From Burkholderiales bacterium (GTDB lineage: Bacteria; Pseudomonadota; Gammaproteobacteria; Burkholderiales; SG8-39), in the NCBI GenBank assembly GCA_035286595.1, contig DATEDA010000096.1, positions 1 to 61,332 on the forward strand: a stretch of 61,332 bases of DNA. The letters run 5' to 3'. Both the position numbers and the translations under genes were made by a program. The notes beneath the pieces are model-generated. The model was given only the letters and a program-made list of their open reading frames with translations. It was not told where the DNA came from and made no database searches. Shown piece by piece: positions 43,747 to 53,938 of the stretch; positions within the stretch are counted from its first letter, which is position 1, and each line of letters begins with the position of its first letter.

Positions 43747-44684
43747 GCCGGCGGCGCCGCCCCGGCCGTGCGGCGCCGGCCCAGCCAGGTCGCCAGCCCC
43801 GCCGGCCGGTAGAGCACGATGACGAGCAGGATGATCCCGTAGACGAGCGAGCGGATTTCCGGTGTCAGCCGCAGCACTTCGGGCAGGATGGTGAACACGA
43901 CCGCACCGCCGACCGGGCCCCATAGCGTGCCCGACCCGCCGAGGATCACCATGATGAGCAGCGTCTCCGAAACCGAGAAGCCGAACACGCCCGGATCGAT
44001 GTAGGTGATGAAGTGCGCGTAGAGCGCGCCGGCGAGGCCCGCGAACGCGCCGGACAGCGAGAAGGCGAACAGCCGTGTCCGGAACACGTTGATCCCCGCG
44101 GCGAGCGCGAGCTGTTCGTTCTCCCGCGTCGCCACCAGCGCGCGACCGAACCTCGAGGCGACGACGAGGTGCGTGGCGAGTACCACCGCGGCCGCCGCCA
44201 CGACCGACAGCACGTACCACTCACCCCGCTCACGCACCGCCACGCCGAGGAAGCGCGGCGGAGGGAGGTTGGTGAGCCCCAGCGAGCCGCGCGTCAGGTC
44301 CTCCCAGTTGTTCGCGACGAGCTGCAGCAGCAGCGTCGCCGACAGCGTGACGATCACGAACGAGTGCCGCGACACCCGCAGGCTCGGGAAGCCGATCGCG
44401 ATCCCGGTCGCGACCCCGGCGAGGGCGGCGAGCGCGAACGTCGCCGCGCTGTCCCAGCCGAAGCGCAGCGCGAGGATCGCCGCTACGTACGCGCCCATGC
44501 CGAAGAACGCCGGCGTCGCGAGCGAGAGCAGTCCGCCGTAGCCCAGCACTAGGTTGAGCGACTGAGCGAGGATGACGTAGAAGCCGGTCATGATGGCGAC
44601 GTGGAGCACGTACGGCGAGCCGGCGACGAGCGGCAGCGCGAGCGCCAGCAGCGCGACCATCGGGATCGCCTGCGCCCGGTTCAT
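43743..44684 (-). CDS. livM: ABC permease (LivM-like)
   Basis: SLNLVLGYGGLLSL and VILGGSGTLWGP motifs. Confidence 0.92.
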   Translation of the reverse strand: MNRAQAIPMVALLALALPLVAGSPYVLHVAIMTGFYVILAQSLNLVLGYGGLLSLATPAFFGMGAYVAAILALRFGWDSAATFALAALAGVATGIAIGFPSLRVSRHSFVIVTLSATLLLQLVANNWEDLTRGSLGLTNLPPPRFLGVAVRERGEWYVLSVVAAAAVVLATHLVVASRFGRALVATRENEQLALAAGINVFRTRLFAFSLSGAFAGLAGALYAHFITYIDPGVFGFSVSETLLIMVILGGSGTLWGPVGGAVVFTILPEVLRLTPEIRSLVYGIILLVIVLYRPAGLATWLGRRRTAGAAPPA

Positions 44685-45562
44685 ACCCGCACCGAGCGCC
44701 CGAACAGACCCTGCGGCCGCGCGAGCAGCATCGCGATCATCACGGTGAACGCGATCCCTTCGCGCAGGACCGCGCTGCCCAGCCCGCCGGCGAAGCTCTC
44801 GGCCAGCCCGAGCACGAGGCCAGCGAGCGCCGCGCCGGCGACGTTGCCCATGCCGCCGATGATCACCACGGCGAAGCTCTTGAAGACAACCTCGGTGCCC
44901 ATGTTCGGGTAGAGGTCGAAGAGCGGCGCAATCGCCACGCCCGCGAGCCCCACGAGCGCGGCGCCGAGCGCGCCCGTCCAGCGCGTCACGCTGCGCGGGT
45001 CGATGCCGACCATCACGCAGGCGTCGCGGTTCTGCGACATCGCGCGCATCGCGCGACCGATCGCGCTGAACCGGAGCAACGCCGCGAGCCCGGCGTACGC
45101 GACCACGAAGACGGCGCAGACGAGCAGCCGCTGCCCGAACAGGAGCACGCCGCCGACGTCGAACGTGACGCCCTCCAGGGGCGAGGCGATGTCGAGCGGC
45201 GTCGCGCCGAACGTAAGCCGCACCGCGTTCTGCAGGATCACCGCCACGGCGAGCGTGCCGAGGATCACCGACTCGAAGCTGCGGTCGAGGTTGGGCACGA
45301 TCACGACCTGGGCGAGCACGGCGCCGGCGCCGGCCATGAGCGCCACGGTGAGCAGGGCGGCGGCGGCGTAGGGCAGCCCGAGCTGCGCCGTCGCCCAGAA
45401 CAGCACGAACGCGGCGAGCATGTACAGCTCCCCGTGCGCGAAGTTGACCTGCCCGAGGATTCCGAAGACGAGCGCAAGTCCGATCGCCGCGAGCGCGTAG
45501 CCGAGGCCCACGGCGACGCCGTTCGCCGCGAGCTGGGCGAGAAAGACCGGGTCGGTGAGCAC
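44681..45562 (-). CDS. livH: ABC permease (LivH-like)
   Basis: GQVNFAHGE and VIIGGMGN motifs. Confidence 0.92.
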   Translation of the reverse strand: MLTDPVFLAQLAANGVAVGLGYALAAIGLALVFGILGQVNFAHGELYMLAAFVLFWATAQLGLPYAAAALLTVALMAGAGAVLAQVVIVPNLDRSFESVILGTLAVAVILQNAVRLTFGATPLDIASPLEGVTFDVGGVLLFGQRLLVCAVFVVAYAGLAALLRFSAIGRAMRAMSQNRDACVMVGIDPRSVTRWTGALGAALVGLAGVAIAPLFDLYPNMGTEVVFKSFAVVIIGGMGNVAGAALAGLVLGLAESFAGGLGSAVLREGIAFTVMIAMLLARPQGLFGRSVRV

Positions 45563-45623
45563 GATGAACCGCCGCCTCGCGGCGTGCGCGGCGACCCGGC
45601 GGTCCGAAGGTCTGGCGGGAGGA

Positions 45624-46751
45624 CTACTGCGCCGGGATCAGGTCCTTCACCACCACCGCGCCCCTGTCGATCTGGAGCAACATGAGGTTGCTCGTGGCCT
45701 GGTGGTTGGCGTCGAATCGGATCGGCCCGAGGATGCCGGCGTAGTTCGCCTTCTCGAGCGCCTCGCGGACCGCGTTCGGGTCGGTCGTGCCGGCGCGACG
45801 GATCGCGTCGGCGAGGACGTTGATCCCCTCGTAGACGCCGTAGGCCGCGTAGTGCGGCCCCTGCTTGTGGCGCTCGATGAAGGGCTTCGTGAACGCGTCG
45901 TTCTGCGGGTTCGAGTACTTGTCGTAGTAGGGGTAGACCGTCCACGAACCGTCGAACTTGCCGCTCGAGACGACCGGCGCGACCACCCCGGAGCCGAGCG
46001 GCGGCCGGCCGACGAGCGGCATCGTCATCCCGAACTGGGTGTACTGCTTCATCAGATTGAGCGCCGCCTGGTCGAGCACGTAGGTGCCGATCGCGTCGGG
46101 CTTCGAAGCGCGGATGCGCGTCAGCACCGGCAGGAAGTCGGTCTCGGTCTGCTTGAAGTAGTCCTCCGAGATGATCTTGACGTCCGCCGGCAACCGTTCC
46201 TTGAGGAGCTTGACGGCGCCGCGCCCGTAGTCGGTGTCCTCGGCGACGATGGCGAGGGTTTTCACCCCCTTGAGCTGCTTCGCCACGACGGCCGCGATCA
46301 TCGCGTCGTGCGGCACCGTACGGAACACCCATTTGTTCCCGCCAGAGCCCGACCGCAGGGTGATGTCGGGGTGCGTCGAGACCGTCACGATCAGCGGCCG
46401 CTGCGCCTTCTCGAGCACGGGCATGAGCGCGATCGTCGCCCCGCTGCACACGTCGCCGAGCATCGCGTCGACCTTGTCCTGGTTGAGCAACCGCTCCGCT
46501 GCGGCAACCGCATCGGCGGGCCGACACGCGCTGTCCTGCATCAGGAACACGAGCTTGCGCCCGAGGACGCCGCCTTTCTGGTTGATTTCGTCGGTCGCGA
46601 GCTCCCCGGCCCACTTCATGTGCTGCCCGAGAAACGCGAGCGGCCCCGTCACCGGACCCGCGAGCCCGATCTTGATCTCCTGCGCCGCGGCCTGCAGACC
46701 GAGCGACGCGATGAACAGCCCGGCGAGAAGCCGCTGAATCGGCACGCGCAT
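45624..46751 (-). CDS. ABC substrate-binding protein (LivJ/K-like)
   Basis: Signal peptide; IKIGLAGPVTG, INQKGGVLG and EDTDYG motifs. Confidence 0.92.
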   Translation of the reverse strand: MRVPIQRLLAGLFIASLGLQAAAQEIKIGLAGPVTGPLAFLGQHMKWAGELATDEINQKGGVLGRKLVFLMQDSACRPADAVAAAERLLNQDKVDAMLGDVCSGATIALMPVLEKAQRPLIVTVSTHPDITLRSGSGGNKWVFRTVPHDAMIAAVVAKQLKGVKTLAIVAEDTDYGRGAVKLLKERLPADVKIISEDYFKQTETDFLPVLTRIRASKPDAIGTYVLDQAALNLMKQYTQFGMTMPLVGRPPLGSGVVAPVVSSGKFDGSWTVYPYYDKYSNPQNDAFTKPFIERHKQGPHYAAYGVYEGINVLADAIRRAGTTDPNAVREALEKANYAGILGPIRFDANHQATSNLMLLQIDRGAVVVKDLIPAQ

Positions 46752-46897
46752 GTTGCTCTCCTCTGGATACTGCGGATTTGTCGTTTGTCCGGCCATCCTA
46801 ATATGCCGCGCCGCGCCGGATCAAGCCGAGACGCACCGGGCTTTCGGCGGCGCGGCGAGTCGAGGAATGGCGTTGCGCGCCGTGCGTCGGCGTCAGG

Positions 46898-47317
46898 TTA
46901 CTTCGCCTTCGCGCGCAGCCGCCGCCCCGCCCTGGCGAGGTCATTGGGCTTGACCCAGAGGATCGCGCCCCAGCGGCCCTTGCCGGCCGACAGGCCGTCG
47001 ACGGCGGTGACGTTGATGCCTTTCTCGGCGAGCCGCCTGAGATGGTCGGCGAGCGCCCCGGGGCGGTCGTCGCCCTGGATCAGGAAGCCGGTCTTCTTCG
47101 GATTGAACCGGAGTTTGGCTTTCCTCGCGGCCACGTTGAACTTGCGCGTGTCGTCCGGCACCACGTCGATCTGGGCGCGGCGGCCGCGCGGAAATCCGGT
47201 GCAGGCGAGCAGGTTGATTCCCGCGCTCACCAGCGTGGCGAGCACCTTGAAAGTCTGCCCGGGCGTGTTGGAAACCGAGAGCGAGAAGTAGTCCACCTTG
47301 CGCACCGTGTCAGCCAT
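46898..47317 (-). CDS. Stand-alone tandem ACT-domain protein
   Basis: Two repeats: NTPGQTF...GINL and DRPGALA...GINV. Confidence 0.8.
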   Translation of the reverse strand: MADTVRKVDYFSLSVSNTPGQTFKVLATLVSAGINLLACTGFPRGRRAQIDVVPDDTRKFNVAARKAKLRFNPKKTGFLIQGDDRPGALADHLRRLAEKGINVTAVDGLSAGKGRWGAILWVKPNDLARAGRRLRAKAK

Positions 47318-47326
47318 CGCGCCCTC

Positions 47327-48643
47327 CTAAAGAGTGAACTTCAGCGCCCGCAACAATGCCCCCGGCAGCCGCGCACTGGCGGTCGAGCGCTGGCCGTAGG
47401 TCGACGGGTCGAGCAGCAGCTCGCGGCTCCGCGTCAGGTCCACCAGATTGTCGCCGAGCATGCGGTAGAGCGTATCGTCGAACCGCATCGGACTGACCGG
47501 GGCCACGATCCGCCCGCCCTCCACCCAGAACGTCGCGAAGCGCGTCATCCCGGTGATGCGTCCGGCCGGTCGGTCCGAGAAGTTCAGATACCACAGATTG
47601 CCGATCCGGAGGCCGGTGTCGAGTGCCGCCAGCGCTTCGGAAGGCTCGAGGTCGCCGGCCGCCATGTCGAGCGATTCGGGGCTCTCGCGCGCGTTCGCGG
47701 CGTTGGTCTGGAGGCCGTATTCCTTCGCCGAGCGCGGCGATACCAGCGGGTCCCCGAGCCTGCCGTTGTCGATCAGGGTGACGGACGGCGGCTTCACGAA
47801 CCCGTCGTTCTGGAAGCGCGGCGCCACGCCTTCGGCGGTGTTCTCGATCAGCGTGAGCTTCGGCGACAGCGTCGCGCCATGCGCCATGCGGAGGAGCGGG
47901 CTCTGCTTGGTCGCACGCGCCCGCGCCGAGAACCCGCCCCAGCCGACGAGGCCGACGAGCTCGTCGAGCGCGCGCGGACCGAGGTACGCGCGGTACTCTC
48001 CCGGCTCGAGGGTCCGCGGCGGGAGCGCGAGGAGCGCGAGCTCGCCCGCCGCCGCCCCGAGCTTCGCCTGGAAGGCCGCGGCCTCCCAATCGATCCCCGC
48101 GTAGCCGGTCTTCACCGCCTTGTCGCCGGAAAGGAAGAGGCTCCATTCCAGGTTGAAGCCGTCGACCTCGTGCCAGTTGCGCTGGCCGAACGAGTTGGCG
48201 AAGCCGCGGTAGATCGTCCCCGAGGCGAGAAAGCCGACGAGGTCGCGCCCTGCTGCGCCGGCGACGACCTGTTGCACGAGCTCCTCCGGGGCGGCGAGGC
48301 GGCCGCGGCGAACCGTTTCGGTCGAGACGGGATCTTCGGCGATGAGCAGCCACGGATCCTCGGGAAGCTGCGCGAGCTCGCCGCGCAGCCGGGCGAACAC
48401 CCCGCGCGCGAGCTCCAGATCCTCGCCGTCGCCGGCGATCGCGACCGTCGCCGCCGCCTGCCGCCGCTCGCGCACGAGGCGCACCGAGAGAAATCGCTGC
48501 TGGACGCTCCCCGCCTGGCGGACCCGGCCGCGGTTGAAGCGAACGAAATCCGACCGCTCGGCATCGAGCGAGCAGAGCAGCGTCTCGCCCGCGCGCAGCT
48601 CCCCGTTGAGCCGGTCAGCCAGACCGAGGAAGTGGTCCTTCAC
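47327..48643 (-). CDS. TldE/PmbA-family protein
   Basis: GTGA overlap with tldD; FVRFNRGRVRQ, TGMTRFATFWVEGG motifs. Confidence 0.88.
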   Translation of the reverse strand: MKDHFLGLADRLNGELRAGETLLCSLDAERSDFVRFNRGRVRQAGSVQQRFLSVRLVRERRQAAATVAIAGDGEDLELARGVFARLRGELAQLPEDPWLLIAEDPVSTETVRRGRLAAPEELVQQVVAGAAGRDLVGFLASGTIYRGFANSFGQRNWHEVDGFNLEWSLFLSGDKAVKTGYAGIDWEAAAFQAKLGAAAGELALLALPPRTLEPGEYRAYLGPRALDELVGLVGWGGFSARARATKQSPLLRMAHGATLSPKLTLIENTAEGVAPRFQNDGFVKPPSVTLIDNGRLGDPLVSPRSAKEYGLQTNAANARESPESLDMAAGDLEPSEALAALDTGLRIGNLWYLNFSDRPAGRITGMTRFATFWVEGGRIVAPVSPMRFDDTLYRMLGDNLVDLTRSRELLLDPSTYGQRSTASARLPGALLRALKFTL

Positions 48644-50064
48644 TGGCCTTCGCCGCCGAACACGTCGACGCCCGAGAACAGGCACGCAGGCGTGGCGTGG
48701 CCCACGTTGATCGCCTGGTTGGGCTCGCCCTTGCCGCAGTAGAGCGTGCCGTGGACCTCGAATGTGGTTGCGTCGCCGACCGCCTTGAGGCTGCGCCAGA
48801 AGGTCGCGGAGATCCCGCGGTAGTTCGGATTCTTCACCACGCCCTTGATCCGCCCGTTCTCGATGAGCTCGCCCCACTCGCAGCCGAACTGGAACTTGTT
48901 GCGCGAGTCGTCGATCGACCAGGAGACGTTGGTGCGCATCAGCACGCCCCGTTCGATCGCGGCGATCATGTCCGCGAGGCTGCTCGTGCCGGGCTCGACG
49001 TTGAGGTTCGCCATGCGATCGATCGGCGGACGGTTCCAGCCCGACGCGCGCGCGGCCGCCGCCCCGAGCACGCCGGCGCGCAGCTGCGACAGCTGGCCGC
49101 CGAGCGGCCGCTCCAGGATGCCGTTGCGGATCAGCCAGACCTTCTCGGCCGGCAGGCCCTCGTCGTCGAAGGCGAAGCTCGCGAGCTCCTCCGGAATCGA
49201 CGGGTCGTAGGTGACGTTGAGGAGCGGCGAGCCATAGGCGTAGCGGCCGAGCATGTCGAGCGTCACGAAGCTCGTGCCCGCGTAGTTGCGCTCGTCGCCG
49301 AGGATGCGGTCGAGCTCCAGGGGATGCCCGACCGACTCGTGAACCTGCAGCATCATCTGATCGGGCATGAGGAGGAGATCCATCTTGCCCGACGGGCAAT
49401 TCGGCGCGGCGAGCAGCTGCAGGGCCTCGTCCGCGAGGCGCGCGCCGACCCCCGCGAAGCCGGAGCGCGCGAGCTCGAAGCCGCCCTGCTGCGCGTGGAG
49501 GAAGCTGCGGGTCTGGGTCTCGGCGCCCTGGTTCGCGGTCACGTGCGCGTGCGGGATCGCGTACCGGAACTGCTGCCGGACCTCGCCGCCGGTGTTCGTC
49601 AAATAGCACTGCTCGAGCTCGCAGAGCTCGACCCCGGCATAGCGCTCGACGATCCGATCGTCGGTCTTCGCGCGGCGGCATTCCTCGGCGAGCAGCTCGG
49701 CGAGCTCGCGGCGCGAGCGGGTGGGCGCGTCGCCGGGCACCGCGCGCCGCTCGCCCTTCGGCGCGAGCATCCGCCGCGGATCGTAGCGATGGACGCTCGC
49801 CGAGCGCGTCGCCTCCGCCCACGCCGTCGCGCGATCGAGCGCCGCCTGCAGCCCGGCGCGGGAGAGATCGCTCGTCGCGCAGTAGCCGTGGCCGCCCTCG
49901 GTGACCGCCGTCAGCATCGCGCCGCGGTCGATCGCGAGGCCCGGCGGCTCGAGCGTGTCCTGGCGGACGGCGAGCGACTCGCGGGTCTCCTCGAGGTAGC
50001 GCAGCGACCAGAAGGGCGCCGCCGAGCGCAGCGCGAGGAATCGATTGCGGAGCGAGTCCGGCAT
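48640..50064 (-). CDS. tldD: TldD-family metalloprotease
   Basis: HESVGH (HExxxH), FDDEG, RMAN and terminal CGKG motifs. Confidence 0.9.
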   Translation of the reverse strand: MPDSLRNRFLALRSAAPFWSLRYLEETRESLAVRQDTLEPPGLAIDRGAMLTAVTEGGHGYCATSDLSRAGLQAALDRATAWAEATRSASVHRYDPRRMLAPKGERRAVPGDAPTRSRRELAELLAEECRRAKTDDRIVERYAGVELCELEQCYLTNTGGEVRQQFRYAIPHAHVTANQGAETQTRSFLHAQQGGFELARSGFAGVGARLADEALQLLAAPNCPSGKMDLLLMPDQMMLQVHESVGHPLELDRILGDERNYAGTSFVTLDMLGRYAYGSPLLNVTYDPSIPEELASFAFDDEGLPAEKVWLIRNGILERPLGGQLSQLRAGVLGAAAARASGWNRPPIDRMANLNVEPGTSSLADMIAAIERGVLMRTNVSWSIDDSRNKFQFGCEWGELIENGRIKGVVKNPNYRGISATFWRSLKAVGDATTFEVHGTLYCGKGEPNQAINVGHATPACLFSGVDVFGGEGQ

Positions 50065-50156
50065 GGAGGGATCGCAAGGCTGGGACGGATGCCGATTGAA
50101 TGGCATCTCGCCGGTCGAATGCAAGTCCCCGGGGCGCCCCCCGAGGGGCGCCCGCG

Positions 50157-51113
50157 CTAGTCCGCCTTCCGGAGCGCGTCGACCTTCGGCTTGAGGTCCT
50201 GCGCCGCGGCGAAGAACGCCTCGGGCGAGGCGCCGGGCACGAGCCGCACGGCCGGGCTCTTGATCTCTTTCAGGAACGCCATCCGGCTGAGCTGGTCCTT
50301 CTGGCTCGCGTGGTCGGCGAGCGACAGCACGCTGAAGACCCCGACGACGATCAGGAACGCGGCGACCGCGAGCGTCCGGCGCGGCTGGCGGCTCACGAGC
50401 GTCAGGTGCCGGTACAGCGTCCAGGCGAGCACCGCGGCGATCGGCACGATCGTTCCCTCGTCGACCGCGGACGACGAGAAGGCGAACGCGGCGTATCCGC
50501 CCAGGGTCGCGACGACGAGCAGGAGCACGGGCGCCGCCATGGCGATGCTCGCGTGAGCGACGAAGTTCCCGCGCGCGGCGAGCGCCTTCCCGGCGAACGC
50601 CCAGGTGCTCGCCCACACGCACAGGCCGAGCGTCGCCCAGACGGCGGGCATGGCGAGCTTGAGCGGCTCGATCCGCTCGGTGGTCGAGGCGAAGCCGTAC
50701 AGCAGGACGCAGGCGAGGGCAGCGGCGTAGAGGCCCGCGAGCGCGGCCGGCTTGCGGTGCCAGGGGGTGCGTGCCACGTCGTCGCGCTCGGCCGGGACGG
50801 CATAGCTCCGCGGCCTGATCCTGAGCTGCGTATGGCCGACGCGAAACCGCGCGTCGGGGCGCGCCGTCGCCCGGGCGACACGAGCGGTCGGGTCGAGCGC
50901 GAAGAGCCCGTTGCGGCTGTCGAGATCGACCAGCACGAGCTCGCCCGACTCGCCCCGCTCCAGGCGCAGGTGATGCGGTGCGGCGTACGGATCGTCGAGG
51001 ATCACGTCATTGTCGTAGGCCCGGCCGATCGTCGCCGGCAGGCGCGCGACCGCGTGGCGCTGGACGACGTCGCCGGCGCGGCCGAGGACTTCGACGAAGA
51101 TCACTTCGTCCAC
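50157..51113 (-). CDS. FHA-domain membrane protein
   Basis: IGRAYDNDVILDDP...HH...DLDSRNG FHA motifs followed by about five TM segments. Confidence 0.85.
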   Translation of the reverse strand: MDEVIFVEVLGRAGDVVQRHAVARLPATIGRAYDNDVILDDPYAAPHHLRLERGESGELVLVDLDSRNGLFALDPTARVARATARPDARFRVGHTQLRIRPRSYAVPAERDDVARTPWHRKPAALAGLYAAALACVLLYGFASTTERIEPLKLAMPAVWATLGLCVWASTWAFAGKALAARGNFVAHASIAMAAPVLLLVVATLGGYAAFAFSSSAVDEGTIVPIAAVLAWTLYRHLTLVSRQPRRTLAVAAFLIVVGVFSVLSLADHASQKDQLSRMAFLKEIKSPAVRLVPGASPEAFFAAAQDLKPKVDALRKAD

Positions 51114-52393
51114 GTGATCCGCTCCAGGTACCGGCGGGTGAAGTCGAGCCCGCTCTCGTAGCCGACGCCGTTGAGCGCGAGCGTGCTCACCAGCGCCTCG
51201 GAAGAATGGTCGAGCGTGAGCACCTTGAGGCGCATGTCGTAGAGCCCCTCGAACCGCTTGTAGCCGCGGACGCACAGCACCGCGCGGACCGCGCCGAGCT
51301 CGCGGGTCACGAAGTCATCGCGGCAGCGATAGCCGGTGAGGTCCTTCCGGTTAGCGTAGTCGAAGCCGTCCGCGCCGAACCGTTCCTCGAGGAGACTGGC
51401 GAAGCGCAGCGCCCCGAGGCTGCGGCTCCGCAGGACAGTGTGGCTGAACCGCAAGTCGCCGGTCTGCAGCTCGTCGCTCACGAAGAGGCGAAACTCGGGT
51501 ATGCAGATCTTCGCGTCGATCTCGTAGGGCCTCGTCGCCTCGTTGTCGGCGCGTCCCCAGCACCGCACGAAGGGGCCGGGGCTGTCCGGCGCCTCGTAGC
51601 GACCGAAGCGCGCGACCGGGAGGGGCGTGGAGAGGAGGCGCTGCATGAGGGTCGCCTGGTGTCCGACGAGCTGCTCGCGCACCTCGTCCTGGAACCGCTC
51701 CGGCGGGCCCCCCGCAGCCGCCGCGTCGAGGAGCTTCGCCGCAAACTCCCCCGGAACGAGGAAGCTCACGAGCTGGCTGCCCACGAGCCGCGCGACGTTG
51801 ACGCCGAACACCCGGCCGTCCTGCGCGACCGCGGGCCCGCCGCTCATCCCGGCGTTGATCGCGCCGGTGAAGTGGATCTGCGGGTACAACGCGTGCTCGA
51901 CGTAGCCGTTGTACGTCCCTTCGACGATCGTCAGCCCGAGGTCGTGCGGGTTGCCCATCGCGTACCCGCGGTCGCCCTTGCGGAGCCGCCCGTCGCGCAG
52001 CTTCAGGAACGGCAGCCCGCGCGCGTCGATCCGGAGCACCGCGAGATCGTGAACGACGTCGACGGCGAGGAGCGCGAGCGGACCCCGCGTCCCGTCGCCC
52101 CGGACGAACTCCATCGCGTAGAGCTCCGGCTCCAGCGCGACCTTGGCGACCACGTGATAGTTCGACACCACCAGGCCGTCGGCGCTCGCCACGAACCCGG
52201 AGCCGATCGCCGCCTGCGACCCGGTGGCGTTGTGGATGGCGCGCAGCTGCAGCAGCTTGTCCTTCGAGCGCTCGAACACCGGCCGGGCCGCGCTCGAGAC
52301 CGGCGCGGCCGCGTCGGCGCCGGCCGCGGTCGTGGCGGCGAGCAGGAGCGACGCCGCGAGCGCGGCGCGCAGTCGTGCACTGGGTCCCGGCAT
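51101..52393 (-). CDS. Exported trypsin-like (S1C) serine protease with a C-terminal extension
   Basis: Signal peptide; SNYHVV, HDLAVL and GMSGGP motifs; no PDZ domain seen. Confidence 0.9.
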   Translation of the reverse strand: MPGPSARLRAALAASLLLAATTAAGADAAAPVSSAARPVFERSKDKLLQLRAIHNATGSQAAIGSGFVASADGLVVSNYHVVAKVALEPELYAMEFVRGDGTRGPLALLAVDVVHDLAVLRIDARGLPFLKLRDGRLRKGDRGYAMGNPHDLGLTIVEGTYNGYVEHALYPQIHFTGAINAGMSGGPAVAQDGRVFGVNVARLVGSQLVSFLVPGEFAAKLLDAAAAGGPPERFQDEVREQLVGHQATLMQRLLSTPLPVARFGRYEAPDSPGPFVRCWGRADNEATRPYEIDAKICIPEFRLFVSDELQTGDLRFSHTVLRSRSLGALRFASLLEERFGADGFDYANRKDLTGYRCRDDFVTRELGAVRAVLCVRGYKRFEGLYDMRLKVLTLDHSSEALVSTLALNGVGYESGLDFTRRYLERITWTK

Positions 52394-52574
52394 GGCGTCG
52401 ATCCTACCGGTGCGTCCCGGCGGCCGGGAAAGCACAATGGCACGGACCGGTCCGACGGCCGCCGCGCGCGAGGCATACGCCACGCGGGCGACGCGTAGTT
52501 CGAACAGCCGATCGCCCGGCGGTCGCGGTTGCGTTACAACGGGGCCCCTGATCAGGCCTGGACAAGGAGGAACG

Positions 52575-53558
52575 ATGGGAACCAGCTCGGGCGGCGCGGG
52601 AACCCCCGCGGCCTTCAACCTCGCGGCGAGCATCGATGCCGCGATCGTCGACAAGCAGTTCCGGGGCACCGACCGGTACCTGGACCTCGTCACCTGGAAC
52701 ATCCGCTGGTTCAACAGCCGCGATCCCCGGCGGGTCGACAACATGGTGACGGTGCTCTCGGCGCTCAACGCCGACATCATCGTGCTGCAGGAGATCGAGT
52801 CCGGCTCGCTCGACGAGCTCGCGCTCGAGCTCTCCGACACCGGGGTCGGCCTCTACAAGGTCGCCTACGGGACCTCGGGCGGCGATCAGCGCATCGCGAT
52901 GCTCTACGACACCGAATGGGTGCGCGCGAAGGACGACATCCGCGAGATCGTCGCCAAGCGCGAGGTCGTGACGCGCGCGGGCAAGGATGCGTTCCCCCGC
53001 CTTCCCCTCTGGGGCTACTTCACGGGCCTGCCGGTCAACGTCCGGAACGAATCGTTCGACTTCCAGCTCGTGGGGGTGCACCTCAAGTCCCAGCTGGGCG
53101 ACGGCGTGACCGACAAGGAGCAGCGGCAGAAGGCGGCCGCGTGGCTTGCCCGCTGGCTCGAAGGCGACGCGCAGGACGTCGACTCCGACGTCCTGATCGT
53201 CGGCGACTGGAACGAGCCGCCGAGCGCCGACACCTGGCAGCCGTTCGCCGATCTGGAAGCCGACGGAAAGGTGTTCTTCCGCAAGGTGAACGACGACGAC
53301 GCGATCAGCCACCTGATGTACAGGCGCAAGGACGACATCGGGTCGCGCCTCGACATCAAGGTCGCCTCGGCCAGCGCCGGCGGCTTCAGGAAGGCCGATC
53401 CGAAGGTGGTCCGGTGGACGACGCTCGCGAAGCTGCTGGCCGGCAACCCCTCCGCCGCGGAGATCAAGCGGTTCATCCGCGAGGTGAGCCGGGAACTCTC
53501 CGATCACATGCCGGTCGTGTCGCGGTTCTACTTCACGCCCCGGCGGCGTCGCGACTAG
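52575..53558 (+). CDS. Endonuclease/exonuclease/phosphatase (DNase I-like) family protein
   Basis: AAGGAGG RBS; TWNI, LQEI, HLKS, GDWN and SDHMP motifs. Confidence 0.92.
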   Translation: MGTSSGGAGTPAAFNLAASIDAAIVDKQFRGTDRYLDLVTWNIRWFNSRDPRRVDNMVTVLSALNADIIVLQEIESGSLDELALELSDTGVGLYKVAYGTSGGDQRIAMLYDTEWVRAKDDIREIVAKREVVTRAGKDAFPRLPLWGYFTGLPVNVRNESFDFQLVGVHLKSQLGDGVTDKEQRQKAAAWLARWLEGDAQDVDSDVLIVGDWNEPPSADTWQPFADLEADGKVFFRKVNDDDAISHLMYRRKDDIGSRLDIKVASASAGGFRKADPKVVRWTTLAKLLAGNPSAAEIKRFIREVSRELSDHMPVVSRFYFTPRRRRD

Positions 53559-53586
53559 AATTCGCACTTCGCAACAGGACCGCGCC

Positions 53587-53928
53587 GTGACGATCGACCT
53601 GGACACCCTTGTCGTGCTCGAGGACCTCACGATCGGAGCCGACGAGGTGTCGCTCCTCGGCGAGCTCTTCCCCGAGAGCTTCTACGTCGTCGGCACCGAG
53701 GGGAACAACCTCACGACGATGAACAACCTGGACATCTTCCACCGCATAGTGGAGATGATCGGCCGGGACACCGACCTCGACGATCGCGAGCTCCGGGAGG
53801 AGGTCGCGGCGATGCTCCAGGACGCGGACGGGCTGTCCCAGGAGGAGTACGACGAGGCGGCCGAGCGCGAGGGCGGCGACCGCGACGAAGATTTCGAGGA
53901 CGAGGGCGAGGACGACCCGGATCGGTGA
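53587..53928 (+). CDS. Highly acidic small protein
   Basis: 113 aa, about one third Asp/Glu, no Lys; AGGA RBS. Confidence 0.75.
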   Translation: MTIDLDTLVVLEDLTIGADEVSLLGELFPESFYVVGTEGNNLTTMNNLDIFHRIVEMIGRDTDLDDRELREEVAAMLQDADGLSQEEYDEAAEREGGDRDEDFEDEGEDDPDR

Positions 53929-53938
53929 GCCGTCCGGC

